Shown piece by piece: positions 40,401-49,578 of a stretch of DNA of 64,000 bases (position 1 is the stretch's first letter; every line of letters begins with the position of its first letter). The notes under the pieces are model-generated. The model had not been told where the DNA came from. It did not search any database and was given only the letters and a program-made list of their open reading frames with translations. The position numbers and the translations under genes were made by a program. Origin of the DNA: Candidatus Margulisiibacteriota bacterium (GTDB lineage Bacteria > Margulisbacteria > Marinamargulisbacteria > SXXA01 > SICP01); contig SICP01000002.1 of the NCBI GenBank assembly GCA_009691415.1, forward strand, positions 36,547-100,546, read 5' to 3'.

Positions 40401-43400
40401 AATAAATGTCAAAACACTATTTATAAACGGAGATCAATTTATCCCTCAACCTAACCCATGGAAAACAAATGAACTAGACATCTACTACCCAAGCGGAAAC
40501 GTGGGAATCGGAACAAGAACCCCTAGTGCAAAACTTGAAGTTATTGGAACTGTTTCTGCCAATCAGATCATACAACGTGATGCATTCATACTAAACGGAA
40601 ACCTCACGACAAACAAATTGAGACTCAAAGATACCAGCGCCAATGTAACCCAGTACGGAGAACTTGCAGTCACAAACGAAGAACTGATTTACATAGATCC
40701 CGCTAGAAACCTCAAAGTTATTTCATCTCCATTAAGACGAAATTCTAATGCAGCTTTTGACGGAAAACTTGCGTATTGGATCGACAACTCTACTGTCGGC
40801 GTAAGCAATATTTTATGGAAACATGCAACTAACGAATTAGTCCTATCAGGCAATTTGGTTGTGAATGCCTCTTCACAAGAAACAGATGGATTCACAGCGC
40901 TCTCTCATGTGTCAATGGGACTTCCAAATGCTCTCGAAATCACAAGCACTATCAATCATGGAGGTGATTTAAGAACAGTAAGAAGCTACACAGGACAAAA
41001 CATCCTCGTAAACGTACAGAAAAACTGGGGAAATATTAACTCCGCTGTTTCGGTAAAAGGTCTAGACATTATCATGCAACAAACTGCTAACAATCTCTTT
41101 TTAAACAAAGCCAAAGCCATAGGCCTCAACGTCGATATGTCTAGAGTAAATGTTGATGTAATAGGAGGCGGAAAAAAAGCAGCTGCCATCTTTACAGGAG
41201 GCTTTGTAGGTATTGGCACAACAAATCCTAAAACAGCACTCGAAGTAGTAGGAACTGTTTCCGCAAATTATTTTAACCTAACCGGCGGATTAACTGTTCC
41301 AGAACTCTTTGTTAATACAGATGCACTTGTTGCATACAAAGATGTATCCACACAAACTCCTCGCGTAGGTATAGGCACAACAAGTCCTAGAACAGAATTA
41401 GATATTATTGGAACGGTATCTGCAAATGTATTTAATGTCGCAAATACATTTACAGTAGCAACACTCAATGTAAATAAAGGCGCTTTATTCGTAAATAGTG
41501 CTGGAAATATTGGAATTGGTACCACACAACCCAATGGGCAAATTGAATTAAAGAAAATACTCAGCACCACCCCTAGCTCACCTTTCTTTGCAGAAAAGAT
41601 TGGCGTCACAATAGATGGTGCAGGAAAAGATCAAACCTTTGCCTTCAATAAAAATTTAAGCGGTTTAGACATTACCTTAGACTCAGAAACAGGAAGCCAA
41701 ATTGGAAACGGTAAAATCGCAACAGGTGTAAGTGTCAATTTAACAAATCTAGAACTTGATCCAGCAAGCACCGCTGTAGGACTTAATGTGAATGTAACAG
41801 GCACAACAGGCAAAAGATTTGCCGCCATTTTTACAGGGGGCCGTGTAGGTATAGGCGTCACACAACCCTTAGCAGAACTACACGTAAGTGGCAGTATCAA
41901 AGCAGACAATCTAGTACTTGAAGGTACTTTAGAAGCAAATATAGCCACATTTAACAGACTCACAATCAATCAAACCGGTCTATTTAACAATTCTGTAACT
42001 ATTAATACACTTACTGTACTTGGAAAGCTAAGCGCAAATTCACTTGTACTCAGCACCCCCTTAATAGCCGGACAAGGAACCTTTTCAACCCTTAATGCAC
42101 AAGTCGCATCCTTCAATAAAGTCACGCTAAATACACTCACCGTAAACAGTATAAATGGCAGCGCTACAACAGCCACACTTAATACACTCACCGTTACAGG
42201 AAAAACACGTGCGCAATCCGTCATAATCACCAAGAGCCTAACCCTCACAAATGCAACGATGAACATCAATAACAATACACTCGTGGTCACGACTAGTAAA
42301 AATGTAGGTATCGGTACAAGAACCCCCCTTACCATCCTACATGTCGAAAATGCCAATGCAAACGTATTTTCAGCTGAAAATAACAATACATGGAATACAA
42401 TACGCATTCAAAACAACAACAATGCCGCAAATTCCGCAGCATCTATTTTATTGGTTCCTGATGAGAGACACCCCTCATTCAGCATTGGCTCAGGCATCTC
42501 CGCAGTCAGAAGTAATAGCAGCATAAATTCTGGGTCAGACCTAGTATTTGTCACCGATAGAAATAGCAGTGCTCCAGTAGAGGGAATGCGCATTACAGAA
42601 GCAGGAAATATTGGTATTGGCACATCAACACCCAAAGCCCAACTCGATGTACAAGGAACAGCTTGGTTCAATAGCACTGTAACCATAAATGGCACATTAG
42701 GTGTAGGAACACTCAATAGCACAAACAATTTAACGATTAATACACCCAGGGGGAAAAGTATCTTTCAAAATACCGTTTCTGCCAATGCCAGCATACAAAT
42801 ACAAAACGGTTTATTTTTCAAAGGAACCACACCACCTACAACACAAGCAGGTTATGGAGCTCTCTATATGCTTAGTACAGACAAAAATCTATACTACCAA
42901 AGTCCAGCAGGAACCAGCATTAACCTAACCGCCGCCTATACAGGTAGAAATGGTATTATTCCATTCTTTAACGCCAAAAACAGCCTCGATGATACAGCGC
43001 CCCTTTACTGGAACAACACCAGCAAAACACTCACCGTAGGAACCGGCAATATCGTGAGCAATGTCAAAATTGTCAGTGTGATTGATAACAGTACCAATCC
43101 AACAGAATTTGCAGGACAAAATATATCGCTTGAATTCGGAAACCGTACAACAGCCAGCACCACTGTATTTTCAGGATTAAATATACAGCTTAAAGGCCAA
43201 ACCCCTAACGATCCCTTTACATTCGGACGCTTAGCTCAAAACGAAGTTGCAATAGGATTAAATGTAGATGTCAGTAACCTAGCTGCACGTCGAACCAATT
43301 CTCTAGGAAACAATCTCACAGGATTTAAGTACGCCGCAATATTTACTGGTGGCAGTGTCGGCATCGGCAATAAAACGCCCATTGCATCACTACATATCAC

Positions 43401-46400
43401 TACAGATGTAACAGGAAATCCAAGTCTAATTGTAGATAGCAAAAGTTCTTCAGGAACCCTCATACAAAATGCACTCGTTGTCTCCAGTAACAGTTTTGTA
43501 GGTATAGGAACGGCCGCACCATTAGCAAGACTTCATGTCGTTGGCTCTGACAGCAGCACAAACAATGCCGCCTTAAGAATTGTAGATACTGGAGGCAGCA
43601 CGCTACTAATCGTTAAAAATAACGGTAACGTAGGTATCGGCAAATCCAACCCACAATCCAAACTAGATATCAACGGAACATTAACCGCGACAACCGGTAG
43701 TTTTGATGGTGTGACCGCAACAACATTAAATGTTGGCAATGGAAATCTTTTTGTGAATGCCAGCGGCAATGTAGGTATCGGTACCATAACCCCCACTGGA
43801 AATATTAACTTTTTCAAGAGAATTACTTCATCCAATATCCCTGTTGGAAGCTTCACTTCACAAAAAATGGACCTCATCATATCTGGAGGAACCGTCAATA
43901 ATTTATTTAGCCTTAATAAAGACATTACAGGTATTAATCTATCCCTAAGCTCCGAAGCCAATAACGTCCTTGCTGCCAGTAAAACAGCAACAGGAATTAA
44001 AATTGATATGAGTCCATTAAAAACGGAAACAAACACAACCGTAACCGGGTTAGATATTGATGTAACAGGTACAACGGGCACTCGATATGCCGCGCTCTTC
44101 CAAGGAGGTAATGTAGGAATTGGGCTGACACAACCCACCACCGCACTACACGTCTCTGGAAATATCAAAACAACCTCTTTAATCAGTGATGGAAGTATCA
44201 ACGTCGGGACTGTCACAGCCAATAGCTTACACATAGCAGGAGACGCTAGGTTTACAGGCAGTGTAACCATTAACACATTAGAAGCAACCACCGTGTCTGC
44301 AAACAATTTAACACTCACAGGAACACTCACATTAGAAAAAGCAAATCTTAGTATACTCACTGGCACAACAGCCAAATTCACCCAACTAGGAATCGGAGTC
44401 TCTCCTAATAACGCCTTAGACGTCAGTGGAAACTTAACAGTGGCCAAAGGAAGAATCGGTATCGGAATCACTGCTCCAACAGCCCTGCTCCATCTCTCAT
44501 CCCTCAACCAAAACGCTCTGGTGATTGATGTCAAAAACAGCACAACAACGACACGAAATGTACTCTTGGTAAATAGTATAGGATACGTCGGCATCAGCAC
44601 TGCCAACCCAAGTGCCAAACTCAGCATCGTGGCAGACAATAGCAGCGCCACCAACTATGCCTTAAAAATTAACAACCTCACTAAAAATATTTTAACGTTA
44701 CAAAATGATGGCAACATGGGCGTTGGAACCGCCAATCCACAAGCGATTCTCCACACCGTTGGCACAGCCAGCACGGCTCCACTACGAATTGACACCAATA
44801 CGATCTCCTTTGCATTGGTTGCAAGCCAAAACGGTAGAATTGGTGTAGGCACAGCCAATCCACAAGCATTACTACATATCGTCAACAGTAATATCTCTCC
44901 ATTCAAAGTAGGCACTGCTACACAACCCAACGCACTATTGGTTGATAACAATGGACGTGTAGGAATTGGTAGTAGTAGTTTAACCTTCCCATTAAATGTG
45001 AGTGGAAACATGTTATTAGGATCAGACCCTTCCGGCAGCAGCATAGCCTCTTGGATTAGCAGCTCAAAAACAGCAGGGGTACTCGCAAGTAGAGGAACTA
45101 AATATGCATTCTTCGGAGCGAAAGAAAAAACATCTGGATCCAATAATTACAATGCAGTAGTCAGCTGGAAAACCGGCGACACACTTACATTTGAAAATAG
45201 CACCAACCCATTATTATACATTCAAGGAAATGGACAAGTTGGAATAGGGTCTACCTCAAATGCACAATTAAACGTGAGTGGAAACAGTACTACGCCACTC
45301 CTTCAAATCGGTACGGCAAGCTCACCTTTTGCACTGATCGTTTCAGGAAATGGCCGCGTAGGAATTGCGACTTCCAACCCCTCCGCAGAACTAGCCATCA
45401 ACGGAACTTTAATGGCCAAAAAACTAACCATCTTAAGTGATACAGTCAGTGTATCTACCCTCAACGTCACAAAGCAATTAACAATATTTCGCACGATTAC
45501 AAATGTAACTAAGCCAGCAACAGCGCAAAGTATTACACTCAATTTAGGAGCAGACGTTGCCAACAACATCGTTGGATTAGACATCAATCTCAAATCATCC
45601 TTACACAGCTCTTTAAGTAGAAACAATGCCCTATACAACGCAAATGCCTATGGATTAAAAGTAGATATGACCAATCTTGAAATCACAGATCCCACTCTTG
45701 GAAATTCCTCTAATGGCAATAAATACGCAGCAACATTTACAGGAGGTGCAGTCGGTATCGGAACATCCAAACCATCCGTATTATTCCAAGTCATCGGTGC
45801 TGCGGGTGGAGACATTGCTCAATTTGGCACACTCGAAAATGCAGCCCTCACAATCCAAGATGTGGATACAGGGTTAATGCGAATAAATTTAGTAGATCAA
45901 ACAGATACGTTAAGCAAACACGAAACCCTCGTCTTTTATAAAGACATCGTTGGTATCGGCACAAATACAGACACCATCAAAGCAGAAGATTCTAATACTA
46001 AATTACTTGTAAATGGTGATGTGAGAGTCGGTGTATTAAGAACCACAGGCCAACTTAACATGGCAGGAGTCACAGACCCACTAAATGAACCCAGAGCCTA
46101 TGGAGCAAAACTTTATTTCTCAGGAGCGGCAGACGTATCAACCCAATATGATAACGACAACAATAGTCCTTTATGGATGGCCCGATATAATAGAGGCAAC
46201 GAAATTTCTGAATTACGCGTCAACGTCGGGAATGGAGACGGTGATAAATTTGTTGTAGGTACCGGAATAGGCGGCAGCACCTTCAAACCTATTCTAATTG
46301 CTATTCCAAAAAGTACTTCAGGTGCAAATAGAGTTGGCATCACAGATGGAACCGTCAATAACTTTACCCCCACCGCACCATTACACGTCATCGGTAGTAC

Positions 46401-47187
46401 ATCAGGATCTTCAGGATCCGCATCAAGCCATCTTGTAGTGATAGAAAATACAGGGGGTGCAAGTTCAGACAGTCTTGTTATCTGGCATAATGGCTACCTC
46501 GGATCACCAGGCAATACAAAAGTACCAACCACGTCCAACTTCATTACATTCATGGACAAAACAAATATACTGGGTGAAATCGAAGGGAGTGACGGGAACG
46601 GTGTACGGTTTAAAACAGCCGGAGCAGATTATGCAGAATATCTTCCTAAAATAGACCCTGCCGAAAAAATTAATAAAGGGGATATCGTCGGGGTCTTTAA
46701 CGGCAAGATCAGCAAAAATACAGACGGTGCAACACAAATCATGGTCCACAGTACAGCCGCAGGTGTTGCAGGAAACTGGCCTGGCAAGAAAAATATCGGA
46801 AATTATGAACTCATCGCATTTTTTGGGCAAGTCAAAGTCAACGTTACAGGTCCTGCACATAAAGGTGATTTCATTCTACCGTCCAATAAAAATGACGGGA
46901 CTGGCATAGCCGTACCAGAACAAAATATTCACTCCGAACAAATCTCACAAATTCTAGGACGCGTATGGGAAGATAAGCCTGGAAATGAAACCGCAACCGT
47001 TCTAACGGCAGTTGGATTCAATTTTAGTATCCCATCACTCAGAAGTGAGAGTGCCGCCATTTCAACACTTAAAACTGAACTAGAAAATCTCCAAAATCAA
47101 CAGCAAGAATTAAGTAATCAATTCGAACAAAAACTAGAAGCACAAAATAAAGAAATTGACGCATTGCTACTAAAGCTGAAAAAATAA
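37426..47187 (+). CDS. giant secreted fibre-like repeat protein, 3253 aa (paralogue of 25076..35449)
   Basis: Uninterrupted 9.8-kb ORF. The hydrophobic signal-like segment LWIAILFLTLLTSVSFA follows a Lys-rich 45-aa leader; an alternative start MKTKTL lies at about 37510. It has the same architecture as giant 1. The conserved N-terminal domain (FPVPSTPYSIQSKLAD is equivalent to FTSTPYSMRTKVAE) is present. The SxAxG block is at 39185..39480. The GxVGIGT signature is very frequent. The conserved C-terminal module begins at about 46538, with GADYAEY and a terminal coiled coil. Confidence 0.85.
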   Translation: MKCKFFQKRLDMKNKKIKKNKGIIVKTLMKTKTLITQAHLWIAILFLTLLTSVSFATTPMVLTFQATLARQQGGLIQGRNKVTIGIYPGNSIEPTWIEPHNNVLFINGSCSIILGNIQPLTPDHLNVPNPRFGLKVGNTSQIAYFPVPSTPYSIQSKLADSALSVSANNISGTFTNPVRINANLTVGDTTLYANPTTGKVGIGTTAPTYKLDVAGIINATGFKINGIDLESSLSWQKKANNALYYTQGNVGIATQNPKTRLEVAGTINAQEIRIKGVELSILLATQLAWREGARPKDIYFNDGTQEGNVGIGTSIPRSKLDVAGAIRVGEAQSNTLGSIQYKNNDFQGFTKTGWTSFASLSGIGAANQIPFWTNSTELSGSTNLVWDRTRNRLGIGTNNPTAQLSMTAIDANRALVRIDNSLGKTLFYVGSQNVGIGTSTPNSKLTVKGVVDAEAYLVKGVPIAQALSSNSFWVFQNDGRIYYDKGNVGIGTINPKNLLELAAAPSRDPIITFDIASNPAFSLGISASNPNAFILGKGGDLKNPIFVFNGNKIGVGLTSPSANLHVSGNSGVLFTGTLNNGTPLGLKGEGTRLVWHPGKAAFRAGYVNRKQWDEENIGLYSVAMGYNPSANGLASVAAGGYESDAGGNYAVVAGGFKNKAKGIHSFAAGHQALALHAGSFVWSDYSPTASETSFKSVMSNQFVIRATNGVGIGTNLTAGNGLTVASDFNDTYIVNALKPDGTSAMIINVSGNVGLGTTDPGIAKLAVMNGKVGIGTTTPIAQLTLSGSTPDGFQFVAYKKTGVPAFFIKNDGRIGIGKPLNYVFADDIYLAISGAIVGNAFAIQNPNGSQTQLESNPGSPWAIPSENLNSTFFNKGFVGIGTKAPASLLELSNAASSTRNPVITFDTDGVKRFSLGTTANVFTIQKGGTINSKNPLFALTDNGNGGGGVGIGIGYKTPSASLHVSGNSMFTSKVVIATTNTTQIYDLTVEGAINVKTLFINGDQFIPQPNPWKTNELDIYYPSGNVGIGTRTPSAKLEVIGTVSANQIIQRDAFILNGNLTTNKLRLKDTSANVTQYGELAVTNEELIYIDPARNLKVISSPLRRNSNAAFDGKLAYWIDNSTVGVSNILWKHATNELVLSGNLVVNASSQETDGFTALSHVSMGLPNALEITSTINHGGDLRTVRSYTGQNILVNVQKNWGNINSAVSVKGLDIIMQQTANNLFLNKAKAIGLNVDMSRVNVDVIGGGKKAAAIFTGGFVGIGTTNPKTALEVVGTVSANYFNLTGGLTVPELFVNTDALVAYKDVSTQTPRVGIGTTSPRTELDIIGTVSANVFNVANTFTVATLNVNKGALFVNSAGNIGIGTTQPNGQIELKKILSTTPSSPFFAEKIGVTIDGAGKDQTFAFNKNLSGLDITLDSETGSQIGNGKIATGVSVNLTNLELDPASTAVGLNVNVTGTTGKRFAAIFTGGRVGIGVTQPLAELHVSGSIKADNLVLEGTLEANIATFNRLTINQTGLFNNSVTINTLTVLGKLSANSLVLSTPLIAGQGTFSTLNAQVASFNKVTLNTLTVNSINGSATTATLNTLTVTGKTRAQSVIITKSLTLTNATMNINNNTLVVTTSKNVGIGTRTPLTILHVENANANVFSAENNNTWNTIRIQNNNNAANSAASILLVPDERHPSFSIGSGISAVRSNSSINSGSDLVFVTDRNSSAPVEGMRITEAGNIGIGTSTPKAQLDVQGTAWFNSTVTINGTLGVGTLNSTNNLTINTPRGKSIFQNTVSANASIQIQNGLFFKGTTPPTTQAGYGALYMLSTDKNLYYQSPAGTSINLTAAYTGRNGIIPFFNAKNSLDDTAPLYWNNTSKTLTVGTGNIVSNVKIVSVIDNSTNPTEFAGQNISLEFGNRTTASTTVFSGLNIQLKGQTPNDPFTFGRLAQNEVAIGLNVDVSNLAARRTNSLGNNLTGFKYAAIFTGGSVGIGNKTPIASLHITTDVTGNPSLIVDSKSSSGTLIQNALVVSSNSFVGIGTAAPLARLHVVGSDSSTNNAALRIVDTGGSTLLIVKNNGNVGIGKSNPQSKLDINGTLTATTGSFDGVTATTLNVGNGNLFVNASGNVGIGTITPTGNINFFKRITSSNIPVGSFTSQKMDLIISGGTVNNLFSLNKDITGINLSLSSEANNVLAASKTATGIKIDMSPLKTETNTTVTGLDIDVTGTTGTRYAALFQGGNVGIGLTQPTTALHVSGNIKTTSLISDGSINVGTVTANSLHIAGDARFTGSVTINTLEATTVSANNLTLTGTLTLEKANLSILTGTTAKFTQLGIGVSPNNALDVSGNLTVAKGRIGIGITAPTALLHLSSLNQNALVIDVKNSTTTTRNVLLVNSIGYVGISTANPSAKLSIVADNSSATNYALKINNLTKNILTLQNDGNMGVGTANPQAILHTVGTASTAPLRIDTNTISFALVASQNGRIGVGTANPQALLHIVNSNISPFKVGTATQPNALLVDNNGRVGIGSSSLTFPLNVSGNMLLGSDPSGSSIASWISSSKTAGVLASRGTKYAFFGAKEKTSGSNNYNAVVSWKTGDTLTFENSTNPLLYIQGNGQVGIGSTSNAQLNVSGNSTTPLLQIGTASSPFALIVSGNGRVGIATSNPSAELAINGTLMAKKLTILSDTVSVSTLNVTKQLTIFRTITNVTKPATAQSITLNLGADVANNIVGLDINLKSSLHSSLSRNNALYNANAYGLKVDMTNLEITDPTLGNSSNGNKYAATFTGGAVGIGTSKPSVLFQVIGAAGGDIAQFGTLENAALTIQDVDTGLMRINLVDQTDTLSKHETLVFYKDIVGIGTNTDTIKAEDSNTKLLVNGDVRVGVLRTTGQLNMAGVTDPLNEPRAYGAKLYFSGAADVSTQYDNDNNSPLWMARYNRGNEISELRVNVGNGDGDKFVVGTGIGGSTFKPILIAIPKSTSGANRVGITDGTVNNFTPTAPLHVIGSTSGSSGSASSHLVVIENTGGASSDSLVIWHNGYLGSPGNTKVPTTSNFITFMDKTNILGEIEGSDGNGVRFKTAGADYAEYLPKIDPAEKINKGDIVGVFNGKISKNTDGATQIMVHSTAAGVAGNWPGKKNIGNYELIAFFGQVKVNVTGPAHKGDFILPSNKNDGTGIAVPEQNIHSEQISQILGRVWEDKPGNETATVLTAVGFNFSIPSLRSESAAISTLKTELENLQNQQQELSNQFEQKLEAQNKEIDALLLKLKK
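38166..45400 (+). repeat. array of degenerate protein-level repeats in giant gene 2 marked by the G-N-V-G-I-G-T-x-x-P signature
   Basis: Examples at 38166, 38350, 38722, 38884, 40498, 42298, 42607, 43636, 43765 and 44110. A near-tandem subarray lies at 44700..45000 (VGTANPQAILH / VGTANPQALLH). Confidence 0.7.
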
Positions 47188-47216
47188 AGCGCTAATACAC
47201 AGGAGGATACACCATT

Positions 47217-47681
47217 ATGTATGTCAACAGATCTGTAGAACTATCATCTGAAAACGAACACCGTTTTCAAAATTTCATTGTATTTGAGCCCGCATCATCT
47301 AGGGTTGGCGACTGTGACATCTTGATAAAAAGCGAAAAAGTGAGAGACCTATACGAACGCATTTATACCTCTCTTGAAGAAAGCCACGCCATCAAAGATC
47401 GCATCCTTAAAAACAGACTTGTTAAAATAGGCCAAATGTTAGACCTACTTGTGGTCTATGATCACGTCATTATTACCAAATTTTTCGACCGCATCTGGAG
47501 ACGCTATTCATACATCAGTAGCATCGGCGAACTCTTTTTGGACTACCCTACTTTCATTCATCATTTCCCAGAATACAAAGATAAAAAAACAGAGTTACTT
47601 GCGCAACGCATTGACGATGATGATGACGAAGAAACCGATGGAGATGACGTAGAAATAGCAGACCCTGTAAAAAAAGAGTAA
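47217..47681 (+). CDS. hypothetical protein with a strongly acidic C-terminal tail
   Basis: 154 aa, with AGGAGG RBS 8 nt upstream. Ends with ...QRIDDDDDEETDGDDVEIADPVKKE. No recognised family. Confidence 0.5.
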   Translation: MYVNRSVELSSENEHRFQNFIVFEPASSRVGDCDILIKSEKVRDLYERIYTSLEESHAIKDRILKNRLVKIGQMLDLLVVYDHVIITKFFDRIWRRYSYISSIGELFLDYPTFIHHFPEYKDKKTELLAQRIDDDDDEETDGDDVEIADPVKKE

Positions 47682-47683
47682 CG

Positions 47684-48778
47684 ATGGCCTTATCTGTCGG
47701 TATCGTCGGCCTCCCAAACGTCGGAAAATCTACCTTATTCAATGCCATCACAAATGCATCTGTCGACGCACAAAATTACCCATTTTGTACGATTGAACCC
47801 AATTCTGGAATTGTCCCCATCAATGACCCACGCATCGATAAGCTATCGGAAATAAGCCAAACACAAAAACGCATTTATGCAACCATCGAATTCACAGATA
47901 TTGCAGGCCTCGTCAAAGGGGCTTCAAAAGGTGAAGGCCTCGGGAATAAATTCTTAACAAACATTCGAGAAACATCCGCCATCGCACATATTGTACGTTG
48001 TTTTGAAGACGATAATATTATCCATATAGAAGGGAAAGTAAACCCCATCGCCGATATAGAAATCATTAATTTAGAACTCATTTTAGCCGACTATGATATG
48101 GTCGAAAGATTGGTGGACTCTCAAAGAAAACGTACTAAATCCAATCAAAAAGATGAGGTCAAAAAATTAGAACTCCTAGAACGCATTAAAGCACAACTTG
48201 AAAAAGAAAACCCTATCCGACATCTTCAATTCACAGAAGAAGAATCACTCATATTAAAAGGCATCCATTTTCTAACCGCCAAAAAAGTCATCTACGTCGC
48301 CAATATTTCCGAAGCTTCGATAGGCCAACCCAATCCACTCGTCGATATCGTCAAAAAATATGCAGCTGAAAATGGTGAGCCTTGCTTAGAAATATGCGCC
48401 AAACTTGAATCTGAACTTTCCCAATTAACCCCCGAAGAAAAACAAGCTTATCTACAAGAATTTGGACTAGAACACACAGGTCTAGATCAATTAGCTTCTG
48501 CTTGTTTTACGCTTCTAGATCTTCAAACCTATCTTACAACTGGGGTCAAAGAAACTCGTGCATGGACTATTCCATTGGCATGCACTGCACCCCAAGCCGC
48601 TGGCGTCATTCATACCGATTTTGAAAAAGGGTTTATACGAGCCAATATCATGAGCTATGAACAATTTGTAAACTGTGGCGGATGGAAAAATGGCAAAGAC
48701 AAAGGTCTCGTCAGACAAGAAGGAAAAGAATACATGATGCAAGATGGAGACGTGGTTGAATTTTTATTCAACGTTTAA
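47684..48778 (+). CDS. ychF: ribosome-binding ATPase YchF (Obg family GTPase)
   Basis: 364 aa. G1 GLPNVGKST, FCTIEPN, DIAGLVKGASKGEGLGNKFL, and a C-terminal TGS domain. Confidence 0.95.
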   Translation: MALSVGIVGLPNVGKSTLFNAITNASVDAQNYPFCTIEPNSGIVPINDPRIDKLSEISQTQKRIYATIEFTDIAGLVKGASKGEGLGNKFLTNIRETSAIAHIVRCFEDDNIIHIEGKVNPIADIEIINLELILADYDMVERLVDSQRKRTKSNQKDEVKKLELLERIKAQLEKENPIRHLQFTEEESLILKGIHFLTAKKVIYVANISEASIGQPNPLVDIVKKYAAENGEPCLEICAKLESELSQLTPEEKQAYLQEFGLEHTGLDQLASACFTLLDLQTYLTTGVKETRAWTIPLACTAPQAAGVIHTDFEKGFIRANIMSYEQFVNCGGWKNGKDKGLVRQEGKEYMMQDGDVVEFLFNV

Positions 48779-48806
48779 ACTGCTTCTAAAGGGCATATTG
48801 ATCGGC

Positions 48807-49568
48807 ATGACTGCCGTCATACCTGGTATTAATTTTTCTGCAATGAGTGTAATTACAGGCACCTATGACAAACTCATTCTCTTAATCACGCACCCCACCC
48901 ACAAAAAACCGTGGCCGTTTCTTATCTTTCTGATAACAGGCATTCTATTTGGAGTCTTCTACATTTCAAAAATAACGGACACCCTCCTAACTCAACATCC
49001 CCAACCCTGCTACTTCCTCATGATCGGACTCGTCCTAGGAACCCTTCCAGGCCTATACAAAAGTAAACGTGAGATGAAATTTTCTATCACTAAATGCCTA
49101 GCACTCTTAGCAACACTTGCCATTATCCTAGGACTCAATTTATTCCCAGGCGCAGCAGATGTAAGCACATCAGAACAATTTAACCCAGCATCAACCAGCA
49201 ACATCGCCTACTTATTTATATCAGGCCTCGTCACCAGTGCAAGCCTCTTACTTCCAGGTACAAACGGTTCCTTCATGCTCCTAATGCTCGGCAGCTACCA
49301 CATCATCGCTGGCTCTCTCATGAGCTGGAATATCTCCGTCTTACTACCCTCTGCATTCGGCATGATTATTGGCCTTCTCTTAATCTTTAAACTACTAGAC
49401 TGGGGAATCAGAAAATTCCGAGGACACACACACTATGCATTACTTGGCCTCGTCATTGGCAGCATCCCTAAATTATGGCCAGGTGTAAACTTAGATCTCA
49501 CAACCCTCCTAAGTATCGCCATAGGGATCTTAGGAATTGGAATCGGGTATCAGTTGCAAGAACACTAA
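48807..49568 (+). CDS. DUF368 family membrane protein
   Basis: Two internal repeats with PG(I/T)N(F/G)S motifs (AVIPGINFSAMSV and LLPGTNGSFMLL), similar to the PGISRSG repeats of DUF368. The ORF is open from 48744; the start was chosen to avoid a 35-nt overlap with ychF. Confidence 0.65.
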   Translation: MTAVIPGINFSAMSVITGTYDKLILLITHPTHKKPWPFLIFLITGILFGVFYISKITDTLLTQHPQPCYFLMIGLVLGTLPGLYKSKREMKFSITKCLALLATLAIILGLNLFPGAADVSTSEQFNPASTSNIAYLFISGLVTSASLLLPGTNGSFMLLMLGSYHIIAGSLMSWNISVLLPSAFGMIIGLLLIFKLLDWGIRKFRGHTHYALLGLVIGSIPKLWPGVNLDLTTLLSIAIGILGIGIGYQLQEH

Positions 49569-49578
49569 AACAATATTC

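Noticed and set aside
43533-44654. 373-aa minus-strand ORF, and many other 60-160 aa antisense ORFs, inside both giant genes (for example 28012..28485, 41970..42407, 44655..45143)
   Set aside because: They lie wholly inside the 10-kb sense ORFs. Their recurring VPIPT(F/L)P motif is simply the antisense translation of the sense G-N-V-G-I-G-T codons. They are shadow ORFs created by repeat and codon bias.
25076-47187. Possibility that the two giant genes are an assembly artefact (collapsed or duplicated repeat)
   Set aside because: The two copies differ at most synonymous positions and have different unit counts. They are each continuous ORFs with coupled flanking genes. They look like genuine diverged paralogues. 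Long-read confirmation is still advisable.
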